From an uncultured delta proteobacterium (GTDB lineage: Bacteria > Desulfobacterota > Binatia > Binatales > Binataceae), in the NCBI GenBank assembly GCA_963765675.1, contig CAVXXK010000004.1, forward strand, positions 160,001 to 224,000: 64,000 nt of DNA, read 5' to 3'. The notes under the pieces are model-generated. The model worked only from the letters and a program-made list of their open reading frames with translations. It searched no databases and was not told the origin of the DNA. Position numbers and translations under genes: made by a program. Of this stretch, positions 9,901 through 20,188 are shown piece by piece. Each line of letters opens with the position of its first letter. Positions within the stretch are counted from its first letter, which is position 1.

Positions 9901-10289
9901 GGTTCGAAGTAAAATCGATGGGTGACGGATTCATGGTCGCCTTTCCCAGCGCGCGCCGCGCGCTCAATTGCGCGATCGCGATTCAGCGCGCGTGCTCGGC
10001 CTACTCGGAGAAGCATCGCGACGCACCGATCCGCGTGTCGATCGGTGCGCACACTGGCGAAGCGATAAAAGAGACCGGCGATTTTTACGGCAAGACGGTA
10101 ATCGTCGCATCGCGAATTGGCGCACGCGCGCGCGGCGGCGAAATTCTGGTCTCGGCAACGCTCAGAGAGCTGACCGTGAGCGCCGGCGATCTGATTTTCG
10201 ATGCCGGACGCGACCTCGAACTCAAAGGCCTGACCGGCGCGCATCGCGTGTACGCTCTCGAATGGGCAAACGCCAGCCCGCCGAAGTGA
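6993..10289 (+). CDS. STAND AAA ATPase-TPR protein with C-terminal class III adenylate/guanylate cyclase
   Basis: Walker A GEPGIGKT, Walker B IVFDDAH, helical repeats, cyclase motifs MFTDIEDST and VKSMGDGFM. Confidence 0.9.
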   Translation: MTNPGSRLIGRTPELIEVRTALADAIAGRGSLLMLGGEPGIGKTALADEISTEAAACGAQVAWGRCSEDSGAPAYWPWTEILRTLVRGRDRNSVDAILGDRTAQLTALIPELAASAPSSAGLAPAPRATGMGSDEPADQRFRLFDSIATLIGAIARERPLLIVFDDAHDADPASLLLLRFVARSVRRLPLLLVVTYRENELRLDPKRAESLAALRREGSTMVLTGLTAPEVAVFVESRMPSAPDASLVAELRKVTEGNPFFLSEIVRLLAAEGPGRGTKSPSAFRIPDGVRAAILRRVAMVSQTARDALGVAAVAGREFDLATIREACAMPIESLLAALDEAEAGGLVTTRHDHMGGYRFSHALIPETLYADLGKTAARELHLRIAQTLETLHHSNLEPQLAKLAYHYAAALPAGPLDKAIAYTRQAAQHAQAMLAYEEAVRMYEMAISALELGHPDAERLRCEMLLNLGEALYGAGLFDRARTAFARASASARQIGSAEDMARAALGFGMPPSTPDRADRDLITMLEQARDALGASDSALHAMILARMSVEYFWAHDSRRAELSRQAVEIARRSGDPATLLYVLYARHTAVWEPDNLEERLAIASEIIALAGQTGNRRWALRVWGLGAHYMRFADLLEAGDIPAVDREIAEYSRLAAELRQDLGYEELIRATRALMDGRFDEAERLGVKTLEVAMRLERRLGPFRAAVNSQLLILRREQGRLAELEPVLRAGLARTPGSALRRCAIAFLYSQTGRRAEARASFEELAAGNFAAMPRDMSGYATMVLLTEVCAYLGDAPRARMLYQLLEPYAGRNAVLDIHVCYGSVAHYLAMLAATIGELDQAERHFEAALRFNLAMGASAWVARTRYEFAAMLLARDQPGDRERALELAELALATAESLGMIALKENLRELTGPAPRADAGPDGTVTIMFTDIEDSTGTTERLGDVRAQAWLREHNAIVREKIKEHQGFEVKSMGDGFMVAFPSARRALNCAIAIQRACSAYSEKHRDAPIRVSIGAHTGEAIKETGDFYGKTVIVASRIGARARGGEILVSATLRELTVSAGDLIFDAGRDLELKGLTGAHRVYALEWANASPPK

Positions 10290-10342
10290 TCCCGCCGGCT
10301 CATTCCATCGGGCGGGATTTCGCTGCTAGGATTTCGATCGCC

Positions 10343-10684
10343 ATGAAAAAAGTTCTGATGATCTGCACGGGCAACAAGGATCGCAGCCCGACCGCAGCGA
10401 TGCTGGTGGCGGAGATGTGCGCGCCGATGTGGGTGACGTCGGCCGGCACCGAGCCGTGGGCTAAGAATCCGGTCAATTCGGAATTGATCGAAGAGGCCGA
10501 CGTGATCTGCGTAATGGAGGAAGCGCATCGCCGCTTCATCCTGGAGCGCTTTGGCTCCGCGCACGCCGAGAAGGTCGTCGTGCTCGATATCCCCGATAAT
10601 TACATCTGCTGGGAAGCCGAGCTGGTGCATCTGCTGAAGCCGAAGCTGCGCGCCGCGCTGGGGCTTGCAGCGCCCACTCGCTAG
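10343..10684 (+). CDS. Low-molecular-weight protein tyrosine phosphatase family protein
   Basis: CX5R motif CTGNKDRS, LDIPD. Confidence 0.85.
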   Translation: MKKVLMICTGNKDRSPTAAMLVAEMCAPMWVTSAGTEPWAKNPVNSELIEEADVICVMEEAHRRFILERFGSAHAEKVVVLDIPDNYICWEAELVHLLKPKLRAALGLAAPTR

Positions 10685-10735
10685 CGCGTCCATCTGGTGT
10701 AAGTTGGGAAAACGAACCCAACGGAGGCCCGCACG

Positions 10736-11221
10736 ATGGAAGACGCCCGGCTTAAACTGCTGCTCGATCGATCCGAGATAAGCGACGTTCAATTGCGCTA
10801 CGCGACCGGCCTGGATTTCCGCGACTGGACCGCATTCCGCTCCTGCTTTGCCGATGAAGTCGAGGTGGACTTCACTTCGCTGTTCCCCGGCCCGCCGCGC
10901 ACCGTCAGCGCCGATCGGTGGACCGAGTCGGCGCGCCGAACGGTCAGCGGACTCGCCGCGACTCAGCACATGATCACGAATCATGTCATCACCGTCGACG
11001 GCGACCGAGCCCTGTGCGTCGCATACGTGCAGGCGCAGCACTATCTTCCCAATGACAAGGGCGACAGCACGCAGACGATGGGCGGCTACTATACCAATCA
11101 GTTCGTCCGCACCTCCGCCGGATGGAAAATCAGCGCGTGCAAGCTGACGCTCACCTGGACCACCGGCAACTGGCACATCTTCGCGCTCGCGCGCGAGCGG
11201 CTGAAAGCCTCGGGCGGCTGA
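10736..11221 (+). CDS. NTF2/SnoaL-family protein (BaiE/scytalone dehydratase-like)
   Basis: RYATGLDFRDW, TQHMITNH, GWKI. Confidence 0.85.
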   Translation: MEDARLKLLLDRSEISDVQLRYATGLDFRDWTAFRSCFADEVEVDFTSLFPGPPRTVSADRWTESARRTVSGLAATQHMITNHVITVDGDRALCVAYVQAQHYLPNDKGDSTQTMGGYYTNQFVRTSAGWKISACKLTLTWTTGNWHIFALARERLKASGG

Positions 11222-11285
11222 GCGTCCCTTCGCGCTCACGCGGCGAAGTTAGCTATGCTGGATACGTCGCGCAGGAGAAAGATCG

Positions 11286-12824
11286 ATGGCAGAGCATGTT
11301 GTCGCTGATACGACCTCAGGAAAAATTCGCGGGACGGTTGACCAGGGCGTCAACATCTTCAAGGGAATCCCGTACGCCGCGCCGCCGATTGGTGCGAATC
11401 GGTTCAAGCCTCCGCTGAAAGCGGCGCCGTGGGCGGGAGTGCGCGACGCACTGAAGTTCGGCGCGCGCGCGATGCAGGACGACAACGCGTTCGCACTGCC
11501 TCCCGCGCTGCTGAAACTATTTGGCAGCGTCGAGCCTCAACCGATGAGCGAGGACTGCCTGGTCCTCAACGTGTGGACGCCCGCGCTCGCCGACGGCCGC
11601 AAACGCCCGGTGATGTTCTGGTGCCACGGCGGCGCGTTCATCGCTGGCTCCGGGTCCGCGCCGTGGTATGACGGCACCAATCTGGCACGCAAGGGCGACG
11701 TGGTCGTCGTGACGATCAACCATCGCCTGGGCGCATTCGGCTATACGCACCTGGCGGATATCGCCGGCGCCGAGTTCGATTCGTCAGGCAACGCCGGGAT
11801 GCTCGATATCGTCGCGGCGCTCGAATGGGTGCGTGACAATATCGCGAACTTCGGCGGCGATGCCGGCAACGTCACGATCTTCGGGGAGTCGGGCGGCGGC
11901 GCCAAAGTGTGCGTCCTGATGGCGATGCCGGAGGCGCACGGATTATTCCATAAAGCGATCATCCAGAGCGGACCGGCGGTGGAGATGGCGAGCCGCGACG
12001 ATGCGAGCGAAACCGCGCGCCAGCTTTTGTCCGAGTTAGGACTCACACCCGCACAAGCTGCAGAGCTGCGCGCGACCCCCGCTGAGCGCATCGCAAAGGC
12101 GCAAGCGGCGCTGTTAAGGCGCGTCAGCATGATGTCGTTCGCGAACCGGCGCAGGGTCGGGTTTAATCCTGTCGTCGATGGGAAACATCTGCCAGGCGGC
12201 CCATTCGCACCCGTCGCGCCGGCGATTTCTGCTCGCATACCGCTGATGATCGGAACCAACAAAGACGAAATGACGCTCTTCTTCGGATTTGCGCCGTGGC
12301 TCGACGGGATGGACGATGCCGCGATGCGCTCGCGCGTCGCGATGTTCGTGGGCGACCGCGCCGACTCGATTATCGCGTCGTACCGGAGCGCGCGGCCGTC
12401 GGACTCGCCGCGCGATATTGTGCTCGCGATCGCAACCGACCAGTCGATGCGCATCCCGTCGCTCGTCATCGCGGATCGCAAGGTCGCGCAGAACGGCGCG
12501 CCGGTCTTCGTCTACATGTTCACTTGGGAGACGCCGGTGCTCGAGGGCAGGCTCAAATCTCCCCACGCGCTCGAAATTCCATTCGTGTTCGATACGCTCC
12601 GCACCTCGAACCTGGCCGGTGAGGCACCGACGCGTTTCGCGTTGGGTGAAAAGATGAGCACGGCGTGGCTCGCGTTCGCGCGCACGGGAAATCCAAATCA
12701 TGGCGGGCTGCCGGATTGGCCCCATTACTCGCCCGAGCGTCGCGCAACTATGATTTTCGACAATCAATGCCGAGTCGAGGATGATCCGTACCGCGCGGAA
12801 CGGCTCGCGTGGAGCGGTCAATAG
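11286..12824 (+). CDS. Type B carboxylesterase
   Basis: FKGIPYA, SEDCL, HGGAF, catalytic GESGG, HALE. Confidence 0.95.
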   Translation: MAEHVVADTTSGKIRGTVDQGVNIFKGIPYAAPPIGANRFKPPLKAAPWAGVRDALKFGARAMQDDNAFALPPALLKLFGSVEPQPMSEDCLVLNVWTPALADGRKRPVMFWCHGGAFIAGSGSAPWYDGTNLARKGDVVVVTINHRLGAFGYTHLADIAGAEFDSSGNAGMLDIVAALEWVRDNIANFGGDAGNVTIFGESGGGAKVCVLMAMPEAHGLFHKAIIQSGPAVEMASRDDASETARQLLSELGLTPAQAAELRATPAERIAKAQAALLRRVSMMSFANRRRVGFNPVVDGKHLPGGPFAPVAPAISARIPLMIGTNKDEMTLFFGFAPWLDGMDDAAMRSRVAMFVGDRADSIIASYRSARPSDSPRDIVLAIATDQSMRIPSLVIADRKVAQNGAPVFVYMFTWETPVLEGRLKSPHALEIPFVFDTLRTSNLAGEAPTRFALGEKMSTAWLAFARTGNPNHGGLPDWPHYSPERRATMIFDNQCRVEDDPYRAERLAWSGQ

Positions 12825-12868
12825 CATTTCGACTGGCGGCGCTCCAGGTAACAACACGTGAGTGCCGA

Positions 12869-13447
12869 ATGACCGTGGCTGAGTATATTCACCGTGCGCG
12901 GCGAGCGCCGCGAATCTCCGCTCTCGTACTGGCTATCCTCGTGTACGGCTGTGCGGCGGAACAGGCTACCGTCGTCGAGCCACCACCGGTCCCGCCGACT
13001 GTCGAAGCGTTGCCGTTTCAGGGACGCTTAGTCGAGGGCGATCCGACCGAGATTCCGCAGGCGGTAGCGATGTCATTGTCAGATACTTCTCCGATTCGAT
13101 TTTCGTACCGCGAAGAGCTAACTCACGACGAGCATCACACGCCGCTCTGGCTGACGGCGCTCGCTCCGACTACCTATTTGGGCGGAACGCTCGGCACCTA
13201 TGACGTTACTGCATTCGCTACCCTGTCCATCTCAAATCGAGACACGGTAATCGGGTACTATACGGCCAAAGCGCTGGTCTCACGATCCTATACTATTTAT
13301 TCGGAACCCACCCACGCGGAACTCGAGCGTGACGCGCGCGCCGAGGTGCGGGATAAGATCGACACGGAACTGGCTTTCGACAGGAATCGGCTGGCGGGCG
13401 CGCTCGCCGAATCAAGGAACCTGGCGAACGCTCCGGCAGCACCATGA
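12869..13447 (+). CDS. Hypothetical lipoprotein
   Basis: Hydrophobic stretch ending LVYGC; ATGA-coupled to the next gene. Confidence 0.6.
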   Translation: MTVAEYIHRARRAPRISALVLAILVYGCAAEQATVVEPPPVPPTVEALPFQGRLVEGDPTEIPQAVAMSLSDTSPIRFSYREELTHDEHHTPLWLTALAPTTYLGGTLGTYDVTAFATLSISNRDTVIGYYTAKALVSRSYTIYSEPTHAELERDARAEVRDKIDTELAFDRNRLAGALAESRNLANAPAAP

Positions 13448-13860
13448 ATCGTCGCACTAGATTGTGGATGCTTTGCATCGCGATGCTGCCGGCGGCGGGT
13501 TGCGCCGTACAAGGTCAGCCGTTCGAGAAGGTGGAATTTCCGCCGAATCACGCCGTGATTTATGTGTATCGACCGTACAACTACGCCGGATCGTTGTTGC
13601 GGCCTGCTGTGACTTGCGGCGGCGAGAGCGCGGAAATCGGCCCGGGAGGCTATCACGCGTTTATTGTTCCGGCGGGCAAGGTCACGTGCACCGTTGCGGG
13701 GAGCGAAAGTTTCGACCAGGTTGAGATATTAGCGGAGCCACGAAATTACTATATCAAAGAGGAATACGCGTGGGGCATTCTCGACGGGCATCCGCATTTG
13801 AACCCGATTGATACGGACACTGCACACGACGAGATCGAGAGCTGCGTCCTCGAGCCGTGA
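13444..13860 (+). CDS. DUF2846-like lipoprotein
   Basis: Lipobox AAGC; AVIYVYRP motif. Confidence 0.7.
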   Translation: MNRRTRLWMLCIAMLPAAGCAVQGQPFEKVEFPPNHAVIYVYRPYNYAGSLLRPAVTCGGESAEIGPGGYHAFIVPAGKVTCTVAGSESFDQVEILAEPRNYYIKEEYAWGILDGHPHLNPIDTDTAHDEIESCVLEP

Positions 13861-13872
13861 ATAGACGAGTTG

Positions 13873-15522
13873 CTACTTACTCTTCGCCCGGTTCGCGCGG
13901 TACTTGGTAATCAACGCGTTGGTCGAGCTGTCGTGCTTGAGCGCCGAATCGCTCTCCAACTCGGGGACGATTTTCTGCGCGAGTACCTTGCCCAGCTCGA
14001 CTCCCCATTGATCGAACGAGTCGATACTCCAGACCGTCCCCTGCGTGAATACGCTGTGCTCATAGATCGCGACCAGTTTGCCGAGGGTTTCTGGAGTAAG
14101 CTTTTCGGCGAGAATCGTGGTCGAAGGACGATTGCCCTCGAACACGCGATGCGGCACCAGCCAATCGGGAGTGCCTTCGGCCTTCACCTCTTCGGCAGTT
14201 TTGCCGAACGCAAGCGCCTCGGCTTGTGCGAATACGTTGGCCATCAGCAAATCATGATGACGTCCGAGCGGATTGAGCGTGCGGTAGAATCCGATGAAGT
14301 CGCAGGGAATGAGTTTCGTGCCCTGATGGATCAGTTGATAGAACGAGTGCTGCCCGTTGGTGCCGGGCTCGCCCCAGTAGATTGGACCGGTCTGGTAGTT
14401 AACTGTGGCGCCGTCGAGCGTGACGTGCTTGCCATTTGATTCCATCGTGAGCTGCTGCAGGTAGGCGGGAAAGCGTTTCAGATATTGCTCATAAGGAAAT
14501 ACGCCGACGGTTTGCGCGTCGAAGAAATCGTTGTACCAAACGGCGAGCAAGCCCATCAGTGCCGGCAGGTTTTTTTCAAATGGCGCGGTGCGGAAATGCT
14601 CGTCGACCGCGTGGAACCCGGACAGCATCGCGAGAAAATTCTCCGGACCGACCGCGATCATCGTCGAAAGCCCAATCGCCGAGTCCATCGAATAGCGTCC
14701 GCCCACCCAGTCCCAGAAGCCGAACATATTGGCGGTGTCGATTCCGAACTTCGCGACACCCTCGGCATTGGTCGAGACCGCCACGAAGTGCTTCGCGATC
14801 GCCTTCTCGTCGCCGAGTGCCCGCAGGCTCCAGTCGCGCGCGGTATGCGCGTTGGTCATCGTCTCGAGCGTGGTGAAAGTCTTGGACGAGATGATGAACA
14901 GGGTCTCGGCGGCGTCGAGGTCGCGTGTGGCCTCGGCGAAATCGGTTCCATCGACGTTCGAGACAAAGCGCATCGTCAGGTTGCGGTCGCTGTAATGGCG
15001 CAGCGCCTCGTACGCCATCACCGGGCCGAGATCCGAACCACCGATGCCGATATTGATCACGTTGCGGATGCGTTTGCCGGTGTGGCCGAGCCAGGCGCCG
15101 CTGCGCACCCGATTCGAAAAGTCGGACATCCTATCGAGGACCGCGTGAACTGCCGGCACGACGTTCTCGCCGTCGACGGTGATCGAGGCACCACGCGGCG
15201 CGCGCAGCGCGACGTGCAGCACCGCGCGTTTTTCGGTCACATTGATTTTCTCGCCCGAGAACATCGCGTCGATTCGCGAACGAAGTCCCGACTGCTCGGC
15301 GAGCGCGAGCAGCAGTCGGACAGTCTCGTCGGTGATGCGATGCTTCGAATAATCGGCGTGAAGGCCAACGGCGTCGAGCGTGAAGCGTTCGGCGCGGCCC
15401 GGATCATCTTTGAACATCGTCCGCAGATGGACGCTGCGAATCTTGCGATAGTGCTCGGCGAGCGCCTTCCACGCGGGACGTTCGGTTAACGGCACAATTT
15501 TCGCGGATACGGCGGTCGCCAT
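13873..15522 (-). CDS. pgi: Glucose-6-phosphate isomerase
   Basis: [38 protein letters not shown]. Confidence 0.98.
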   Translation of the reverse strand: MATAVSAKIVPLTERPAWKALAEHYRKIRSVHLRTMFKDDPGRAERFTLDAVGLHADYSKHRITDETVRLLLALAEQSGLRSRIDAMFSGEKINVTEKRAVLHVALRAPRGASITVDGENVVPAVHAVLDRMSDFSNRVRSGAWLGHTGKRIRNVINIGIGGSDLGPVMAYEALRHYSDRNLTMRFVSNVDGTDFAEATRDLDAAETLFIISSKTFTTLETMTNAHTARDWSLRALGDEKAIAKHFVAVSTNAEGVAKFGIDTANMFGFWDWVGGRYSMDSAIGLSTMIAVGPENFLAMLSGFHAVDEHFRTAPFEKNLPALMGLLAVWYNDFFDAQTVGVFPYEQYLKRFPAYLQQLTMESNGKHVTLDGATVNYQTGPIYWGEPGTNGQHSFYQLIHQGTKLIPCDFIGFYRTLNPLGRHHDLLMANVFAQAEALAFGKTAEEVKAEGTPDWLVPHRVFEGNRPSTTILAEKLTPETLGKLVAIYEHSVFTQGTVWSIDSFDQWGVELGKVLAQKIVPELESDSALKHDSSTNALITKYRANRAKSK

Positions 15523-15525
15523 CGC

Positions 15526-16611
15526 TCAGCTTGCCTTTTTGATCGCGGCGCTCTTGTCCTTGATGCATGACAACAGGTCATCCCAGGACTTGACGAACGA
15601 CGCGGCGCCTTCTTTCTGAAGCTGCTCAGCCAGAGCGTCGATATCGATACCCGCTTTCGTGAACTCGGCGAGTTCGCGTTCGGCGTCGCCGCCGTCGCGC
15701 GAGAGCATCGCACCGACTTCACCGTGATCCGCCATCGCGTGCAAAGTCTTTTCCGGAATCGTGTTAACAGTATGCGGCGAGGCGAGAGCTTTGACGTACA
15801 GAATGTCCGACGATTTGGGATCCTTGGTGCCGGTGCTTGCCCACAGCAAACGCTGCGCGCGCGCACCAAGGTTCGCGAGCCGCAGCCATCGGTCGCTGTC
15901 GAGCAGATCGCGATAAGCCTTGTAGGTGCGCTTCGCAATCGCAATTCCGAGCCTATCGCGCATCGCAGGCGGGACCTTCTGCGCGACGGCGACATCCCAT
16001 CGACTGATGAACACCGATGCGACCGAGCCGACGAACGGATTGAGGCCAGCGGCGACGCGGCGCTCGATTCCGCGCAGGTACGCCTCGGCGGCGGCGACAT
16101 ACTGCTCGCGCGAGAACAGCAGGGTGACGTTGATCGAGACGCCGGCGAAGATTGCTTCCTCGATCGCAGGCAGACCTTCGCGCGTGCCGGGAATCTTGAT
16201 GAACAGATTGGGGCGCGCTGCGCGGGCGAAAAGATCTTTGGCGGCCTTCACCGTGCTGGCGGTGTCGTACGCGAGTTTCGGGGAAACCTCGAGCGAGACC
16301 CATCCGTCCACGCGGTTGGTGTGCTCGTGCACCGGGCGGAACAGATCGGCCGCGCCGGTGAGATCTTCAAGCGCGAGATCGAAGAACAGTTCCTCGCCGT
16401 GGCGTCCGGCGGCGTTCTTTTTCGCGATCGCGGAATCGTAATCACCGCCGTTTTTGATCGCCTGGTCGAAGATGGTCGGATTGGAGGTAAGGCCGGTGAC
16501 CGAAAACTCGTCGATGTAGCGTTTAAGTCCGCCGCTGGTGAGCAGCGCGCGCGTGATGTTATCGAGCCACAGGCTTTGGCCTGCGTCGTGAAGCTGTTTG
16601 GTCGCTTTCAT
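15526..16611 (-). CDS. tal: Transaldolase
   Basis: GQSLWLDNI, GLTSNPTIF, IKIP, RLLWASTGTKDP; GGAG RBS before ATG 16611. Confidence 0.97.
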   Translation of the reverse strand: MKATKQLHDAGQSLWLDNITRALLTSGGLKRYIDEFSVTGLTSNPTIFDQAIKNGGDYDSAIAKKNAAGRHGEELFFDLALEDLTGAADLFRPVHEHTNRVDGWVSLEVSPKLAYDTASTVKAAKDLFARAARPNLFIKIPGTREGLPAIEEAIFAGVSINVTLLFSREQYVAAAEAYLRGIERRVAAGLNPFVGSVASVFISRWDVAVAQKVPPAMRDRLGIAIAKRTYKAYRDLLDSDRWLRLANLGARAQRLLWASTGTKDPKSSDILYVKALASPHTVNTIPEKTLHAMADHGEVGAMLSRDGGDAERELAEFTKAGIDIDALAEQLQKEGAASFVKSWDDLLSCIKDKSAAIKKAS

Positions 16612-16668
16612 ACGGTCTCCTGCCGGATCGTCTTCTTCATTGATCATCCTCGCGGCGCGGACCGCGGG

Positions 16669-17880
16669 TCAATCGACGATCGCGGAATAAATTATGTTGC
16701 GTAACTGGCCGCGGAAGTTAAAGGTTCCCGAGGGCATGAGCTGGGTCATGAAGATCACGACCAGGTCTTCCTTCGGATCGACCCAGAAGATGGTCGAGGC
16801 GGCGCCGCCCCAGTAGTAGTCGCCCTCACCCAGCGCGCCGTGCGCGACCTGCCCGAGCGTCATCGCGAAGCCGAGTCCGAAGCCCACGCCTTCGTACGCG
16901 GTCTCGGAAAAATCTCCCGCCGCCATCTGGGTCAGGTCTTTGCCGCCAGCCAAATGATTCTGCCGCATCAGGTCGATCGTGCGCGAGCCGAGGATACGCG
17001 CGCCGTCGAGCTCTCCGCCGCGCCGGAGCATCTCGCAGAAGCGGAGGTAGTCGGCGGTGGTGCCGGTGAGTCCGCCACCGCCCGAGAAGAACGAGGGCTG
17101 CCTGAGATATGCGCTGCGTTCAGGATCGTCGATCAGCTTGAGAGTCTTGTCGGGTTTGCGTTCGTAATTCGCGGCGAAGCGGCCGGCGTTCTTCGGTGCG
17201 ACCGAGAACGCGGTGTCGGCCATGCCGAGCGGATCGAAAATCGTATCCTGCAAATACTGATCGAACCGCTTGCCCGAAATCGCTTCGACCAAGTAACCGC
17301 ACACGTCGGTCGAGAACGAGTACATCCACTGCTCACCGGGAGTATAACGCAGCGGCACTTTTGCGAGCTTGTGGACGAAGCTCGCGAGCGTCTCGCCCTC
17401 GGCACGGTTTACTCCTGCCGCGCGGTAGGCGCGATCGACAGGATGATTGGTCGCGCCGTAAGTCAGGCCGCCCTGATGGCTAAGCACGTGGCGCATCGTC
17501 ATCGGACGCGCAGGAACGGCCGTCTCCATCGCGGCGCCCTCGCCGGAAATCCAGACCTTGTGATCGCGCCATTCCGGAATAAATCGCGAGACCGGATCAT
17601 TGAGCTGGAAATACCCCTGCTCGTAGAGGCTCATCAGCGCGACCGAGGTAATCGGCTTCGACATCGAGTAGAGGCGAAAGATCGTGTCGTCGGCCATCGG
17701 CGTTTTGCGCTCGCGATCCGCCATGCCCATCGACTTGAAGTAGGCGACGTGGCCGTGGCGCGCGACGAGCGTCTGGCATCCGGAGATTTTCCCGGACTCA
17801 ATATAGTTGCGGTTCAGGTGATCGGTAATTCGATCGAGCCGATCGGGCGCGAATCCTGCGCGTTTCGGTGAGGTCTCCAT
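16669..17880 (-). CDS. Serine hydrolase, beta-lactamase/esterase family
   Basis: SxxK (SMSK), YS, WGG motifs. Confidence 0.9.
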   Translation of the reverse strand: METSPKRAGFAPDRLDRITDHLNRNYIESGKISGCQTLVARHGHVAYFKSMGMADRERKTPMADDTIFRLYSMSKPITSVALMSLYEQGYFQLNDPVSRFIPEWRDHKVWISGEGAAMETAVPARPMTMRHVLSHQGGLTYGATNHPVDRAYRAAGVNRAEGETLASFVHKLAKVPLRYTPGEQWMYSFSTDVCGYLVEAISGKRFDQYLQDTIFDPLGMADTAFSVAPKNAGRFAANYERKPDKTLKLIDDPERSAYLRQPSFFSGGGGLTGTTADYLRFCEMLRRGGELDGARILGSRTIDLMRQNHLAGGKDLTQMAAGDFSETAYEGVGFGLGFAMTLGQVAHGALGEGDYYWGGAASTIFWVDPKEDLVVIFMTQLMPSGTFNFRGQLRNIIYSAIVD

Positions 17881-17924
17881 CCCGGTCTCCTCTGTACGTC
17901 TTGTGCGAATGAATGAGCGCCGCG

Positions 17925-18341
17925 CTACGCGATGCGTTCGAGCGTGAACACCGGAATCTCGCGCTTGGTCTTTTGCCGATATTCATTGAATTGCGGCATC
18001 TGCGCCGCTTGCGCGTTGAACAGACGCTCGCGCTCGGCTCCCGAGGTCACGTGCGCTCGCGCCTGAAACTTTTCGGTCCCGACTTCGACCGTGATGACGG
18101 AGTTCGCGACCAGATTGTGGTACCAGTCGGGATTCTTGGGCGCTCCCGCCTTGGACGCGATTATTACGAGCCGATCGCCGTCGCGCGTATAGACCAGCGG
18201 GGTCGTGTAGGTCTTGCCGCTCTTGGCGCCCTTGGTCGTCAGCAGGATCATCGAAGCGCCCGCGAACGGACCGCCGACCTTTCCGCCGTTGGCGCGAAAT
18301 TCCTCGATCACCTTCCGATTAAAATCATTCATGTCCGCCAT
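17925..18341 (-). CDS. Deazaflavin (F420)-dependent nitroreductase family oxidoreductase (Ddn-like)
   Basis: FNRKVIEEFRANGG, LLTTKGAKSG, ASKAGAPKNPDWYHNL; GGAGG RBS. Confidence 0.92.
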   Translation of the reverse strand: MADMNDFNRKVIEEFRANGGKVGGPFAGASMILLTTKGAKSGKTYTTPLVYTRDGDRLVIIASKAGAPKNPDWYHNLVANSVITVEVGTEKFQARAHVTSGAERERLFNAQAAQMPQFNEYRQKTKREIPVFTLERIA

Positions 18342-18411
18342 GATTCCTCCGTGCTCGCGCGCAGGATGTGCGAGTCCACTTGTCAGAGTAGCAGACCGTG
18401 CGAAATCTCGG

Positions 18412-19455
18412 CTAGCGTGCTCGCTCAGAGGAAGGAACTGCGATTCGATAGGTCTCCGCGGCAGTGCGATGGAACATCCACGCCTTGTCAGCGGTGCTGA
18501 ACCCTGCCGCGATCTTCTTGAACGCGTTCCACAGCACCAGGTACGAGCACGAGGCGCGATCCACCGGAAAATTGCTCTCGAACATGCATCGCGACGGACC
18601 GAATCGATCGATCGTGTGGAGATAGTAGTCGCGCGTCGCCGCCACGAGTTCATCTGAGGTCGCCGGCGATGGCCGCTTGTGCCATCCAAATCCGTTGACC
18701 GGCATGTTGATACCGCCGAGCTTGACGACCACGTTGGAGCATCGCGCAAGCTCAGCGATGTCGCGCTTCCATTGATCGAAGACCTCGCGGCGGTGGCCTT
18801 CGTAGGGACCGAGTCCAAGCGGACCGCCGAAGTGATCCAGAACAATCTTCGTGTCGGGAAACGCTCTCGCCAAGTCCGTCAGTTCCGGCATCTGAGGATG
18901 GTATTGCCACGCATCGAACACGAGCCCGAGCTTCGCTAGCTGAGCGAAGCCTTCGCGAAAGCGCGGCAACTTGTACAGGCCGACAGGAGGATTGGTGTGG
19001 GAGTTGCGAATCTCGGGCGACGCGTCAAAACCTCCGGCGTGGCGGATTCCGCGAAATCGCGCGGGCGCCGCCGCAAGGTGCGCGCGCAATACAGGCTCAA
19101 CCGCCGCGCCGAGGCTCAAGTCGGCGAAGCCGACTATCCCCGCCGCGATTCGGGTGTCTCCATATCCGCCGCTCGCACTCTGCGCGGCGATGCCATTGAC
19201 GAACTCGGTCTCGCCGACCGGCTTCATCGCCGGGTCGCCGTCGGCGCGGTACATCGACATGCATTCGACGAACACGGTCGCGAGCACGCGATGGCCGGAG
19301 CTAGTGTCGTGCAGAATTTCGTCGAGCAGGAAGCGGCTGCCCGGATGGTCCCAAAGATGATGATGCGGATCGATAATCGGCAGCGCGGGCTCGAGCGGCG
19401 CTTCGATAACTTTAGCGAGCCACGCTTCCCTTTCAGTCTCAGCACTAGTCGGCAT
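18412..19455 (-). CDS. Amidohydrolase_2 family protein (lactonase-like)
   Basis: IIDPHHHLW, VLDHFGGP, MFESNFPVD. Confidence 0.9.
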   Translation of the reverse strand: MPTSAETEREAWLAKVIEAPLEPALPIIDPHHHLWDHPGSRFLLDEILHDTSSGHRVLATVFVECMSMYRADGDPAMKPVGETEFVNGIAAQSASGGYGDTRIAAGIVGFADLSLGAAVEPVLRAHLAAAPARFRGIRHAGGFDASPEIRNSHTNPPVGLYKLPRFREGFAQLAKLGLVFDAWQYHPQMPELTDLARAFPDTKIVLDHFGGPLGLGPYEGHRREVFDQWKRDIAELARCSNVVVKLGGINMPVNGFGWHKRPSPATSDELVAATRDYYLHTIDRFGPSRCMFESNFPVDRASCSYLVLWNAFKKIAAGFSTADKAWMFHRTAAETYRIAVPSSERAR

Positions 19456-19497
19456 CTGAATTTCTCCCTCGCGCTAACGGCGTCGCAAAGGTTTCGA

Positions 19498-19587
19498 TGG
19501 CGGAGGGGGTGGGATTCGAACCCACGAGCGACGCTAGCCGCTGCCGATTTTCAAGACCGGTGCCTTCAACCACTCGGCCACCCCTCC
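19498..19587 (-). tRNA. tRNA-Ser(TGA)
   Basis: GGAGGGGTGGCCGAGTGG...CCGGT-CTTGAAA-ATCGG, long variable arm, GTTCGAATC, 3' CCA. Confidence 0.97.
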
Positions 19588-19657
19588 AAGGTTTGTCTAT
19601 AAACCAAGTATAGCATCCCGGCTATCGGCGCGACTGTTCCGGCTTCACGACTGATTC

Positions 19658-20188
19658 CTATTTCAGACTGTCGGCAATCGTCGCCGCACCGGCGCGGGCA
19701 CAGGCTTCGTCCTTTGCGCCGAAGGGAGATCCCGAAGCACCGATCGCGCCGATAATCTCGTGGTTGAACACGATCACGACGCCGCCCGGCGCCAGAATCA
19801 GCCGGGGTAACCGATTGAGCGCCGGCGACATCTCCGCCCCGCTCTTGGCCTTCGCTACGAGAGCGCTGGTATCGACCTTGTAGGCGACCGCTGTGTAGGC
19901 CTTGTGGTCGGCGTTCTCCAGTGTTGCCAGCCCCGCGCCGTCTCCACGCAAGCATGCCTGCTGATTGCCCCCTGCGTCCACCAGCACGGCGCTTTCGGTA
20001 TAACCCCCGGCCGCGCAGACCTTGACCGCCTCACCAACCGCCTTGAGCGCCAGCGTCGCCGGGATGCGATGAGTCACGATAAGCGTGTCTGCCGCGAGCG
20101 CGGGGCCGGCGGTGACCGTTACGATCGCCGCCACAGCAATCAGCGCGGCGAGGGCAATCATCGAAAGCGAGCGGGCAATACGCCTCAT
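19658..20188 (-). CDS. Secreted GlcG/HbpS heme-binding protein
   Basis: Signal peptide; VDAGG, KAYTA, GG...IGAIGASG...DEACA. Confidence 0.88.
   Translation of the reverse strand: MRRIARSLSMIALAALIAVAAIVTVTAGPALAADTLIVTHRIPATLALKAVGEAVKVCAAGGYTESAVLVDAGGNQQACLRGDGAGLATLENADHKAYTAVAYKVDTSALVAKAKSGAEMSPALNRLPRLILAPGGVVIVFNHEIIGAIGASGSPFGAKDEACARAGAATIADSLK

Noticed and set aside
13873-16611. tal-pgi adjacency as a split Tal-Pgi fusion
   Set aside because: Both genes are complete with their own start and stop; the linkage is common
19498-19587. tRNA with TGA/TCA sequence as tRNA-Sec, or as an island attachment site
   Set aside because: The anticodon is TGA (Ser) with a normal 7-bp acceptor stem; no integrase or duplicated 3' end is present in the window
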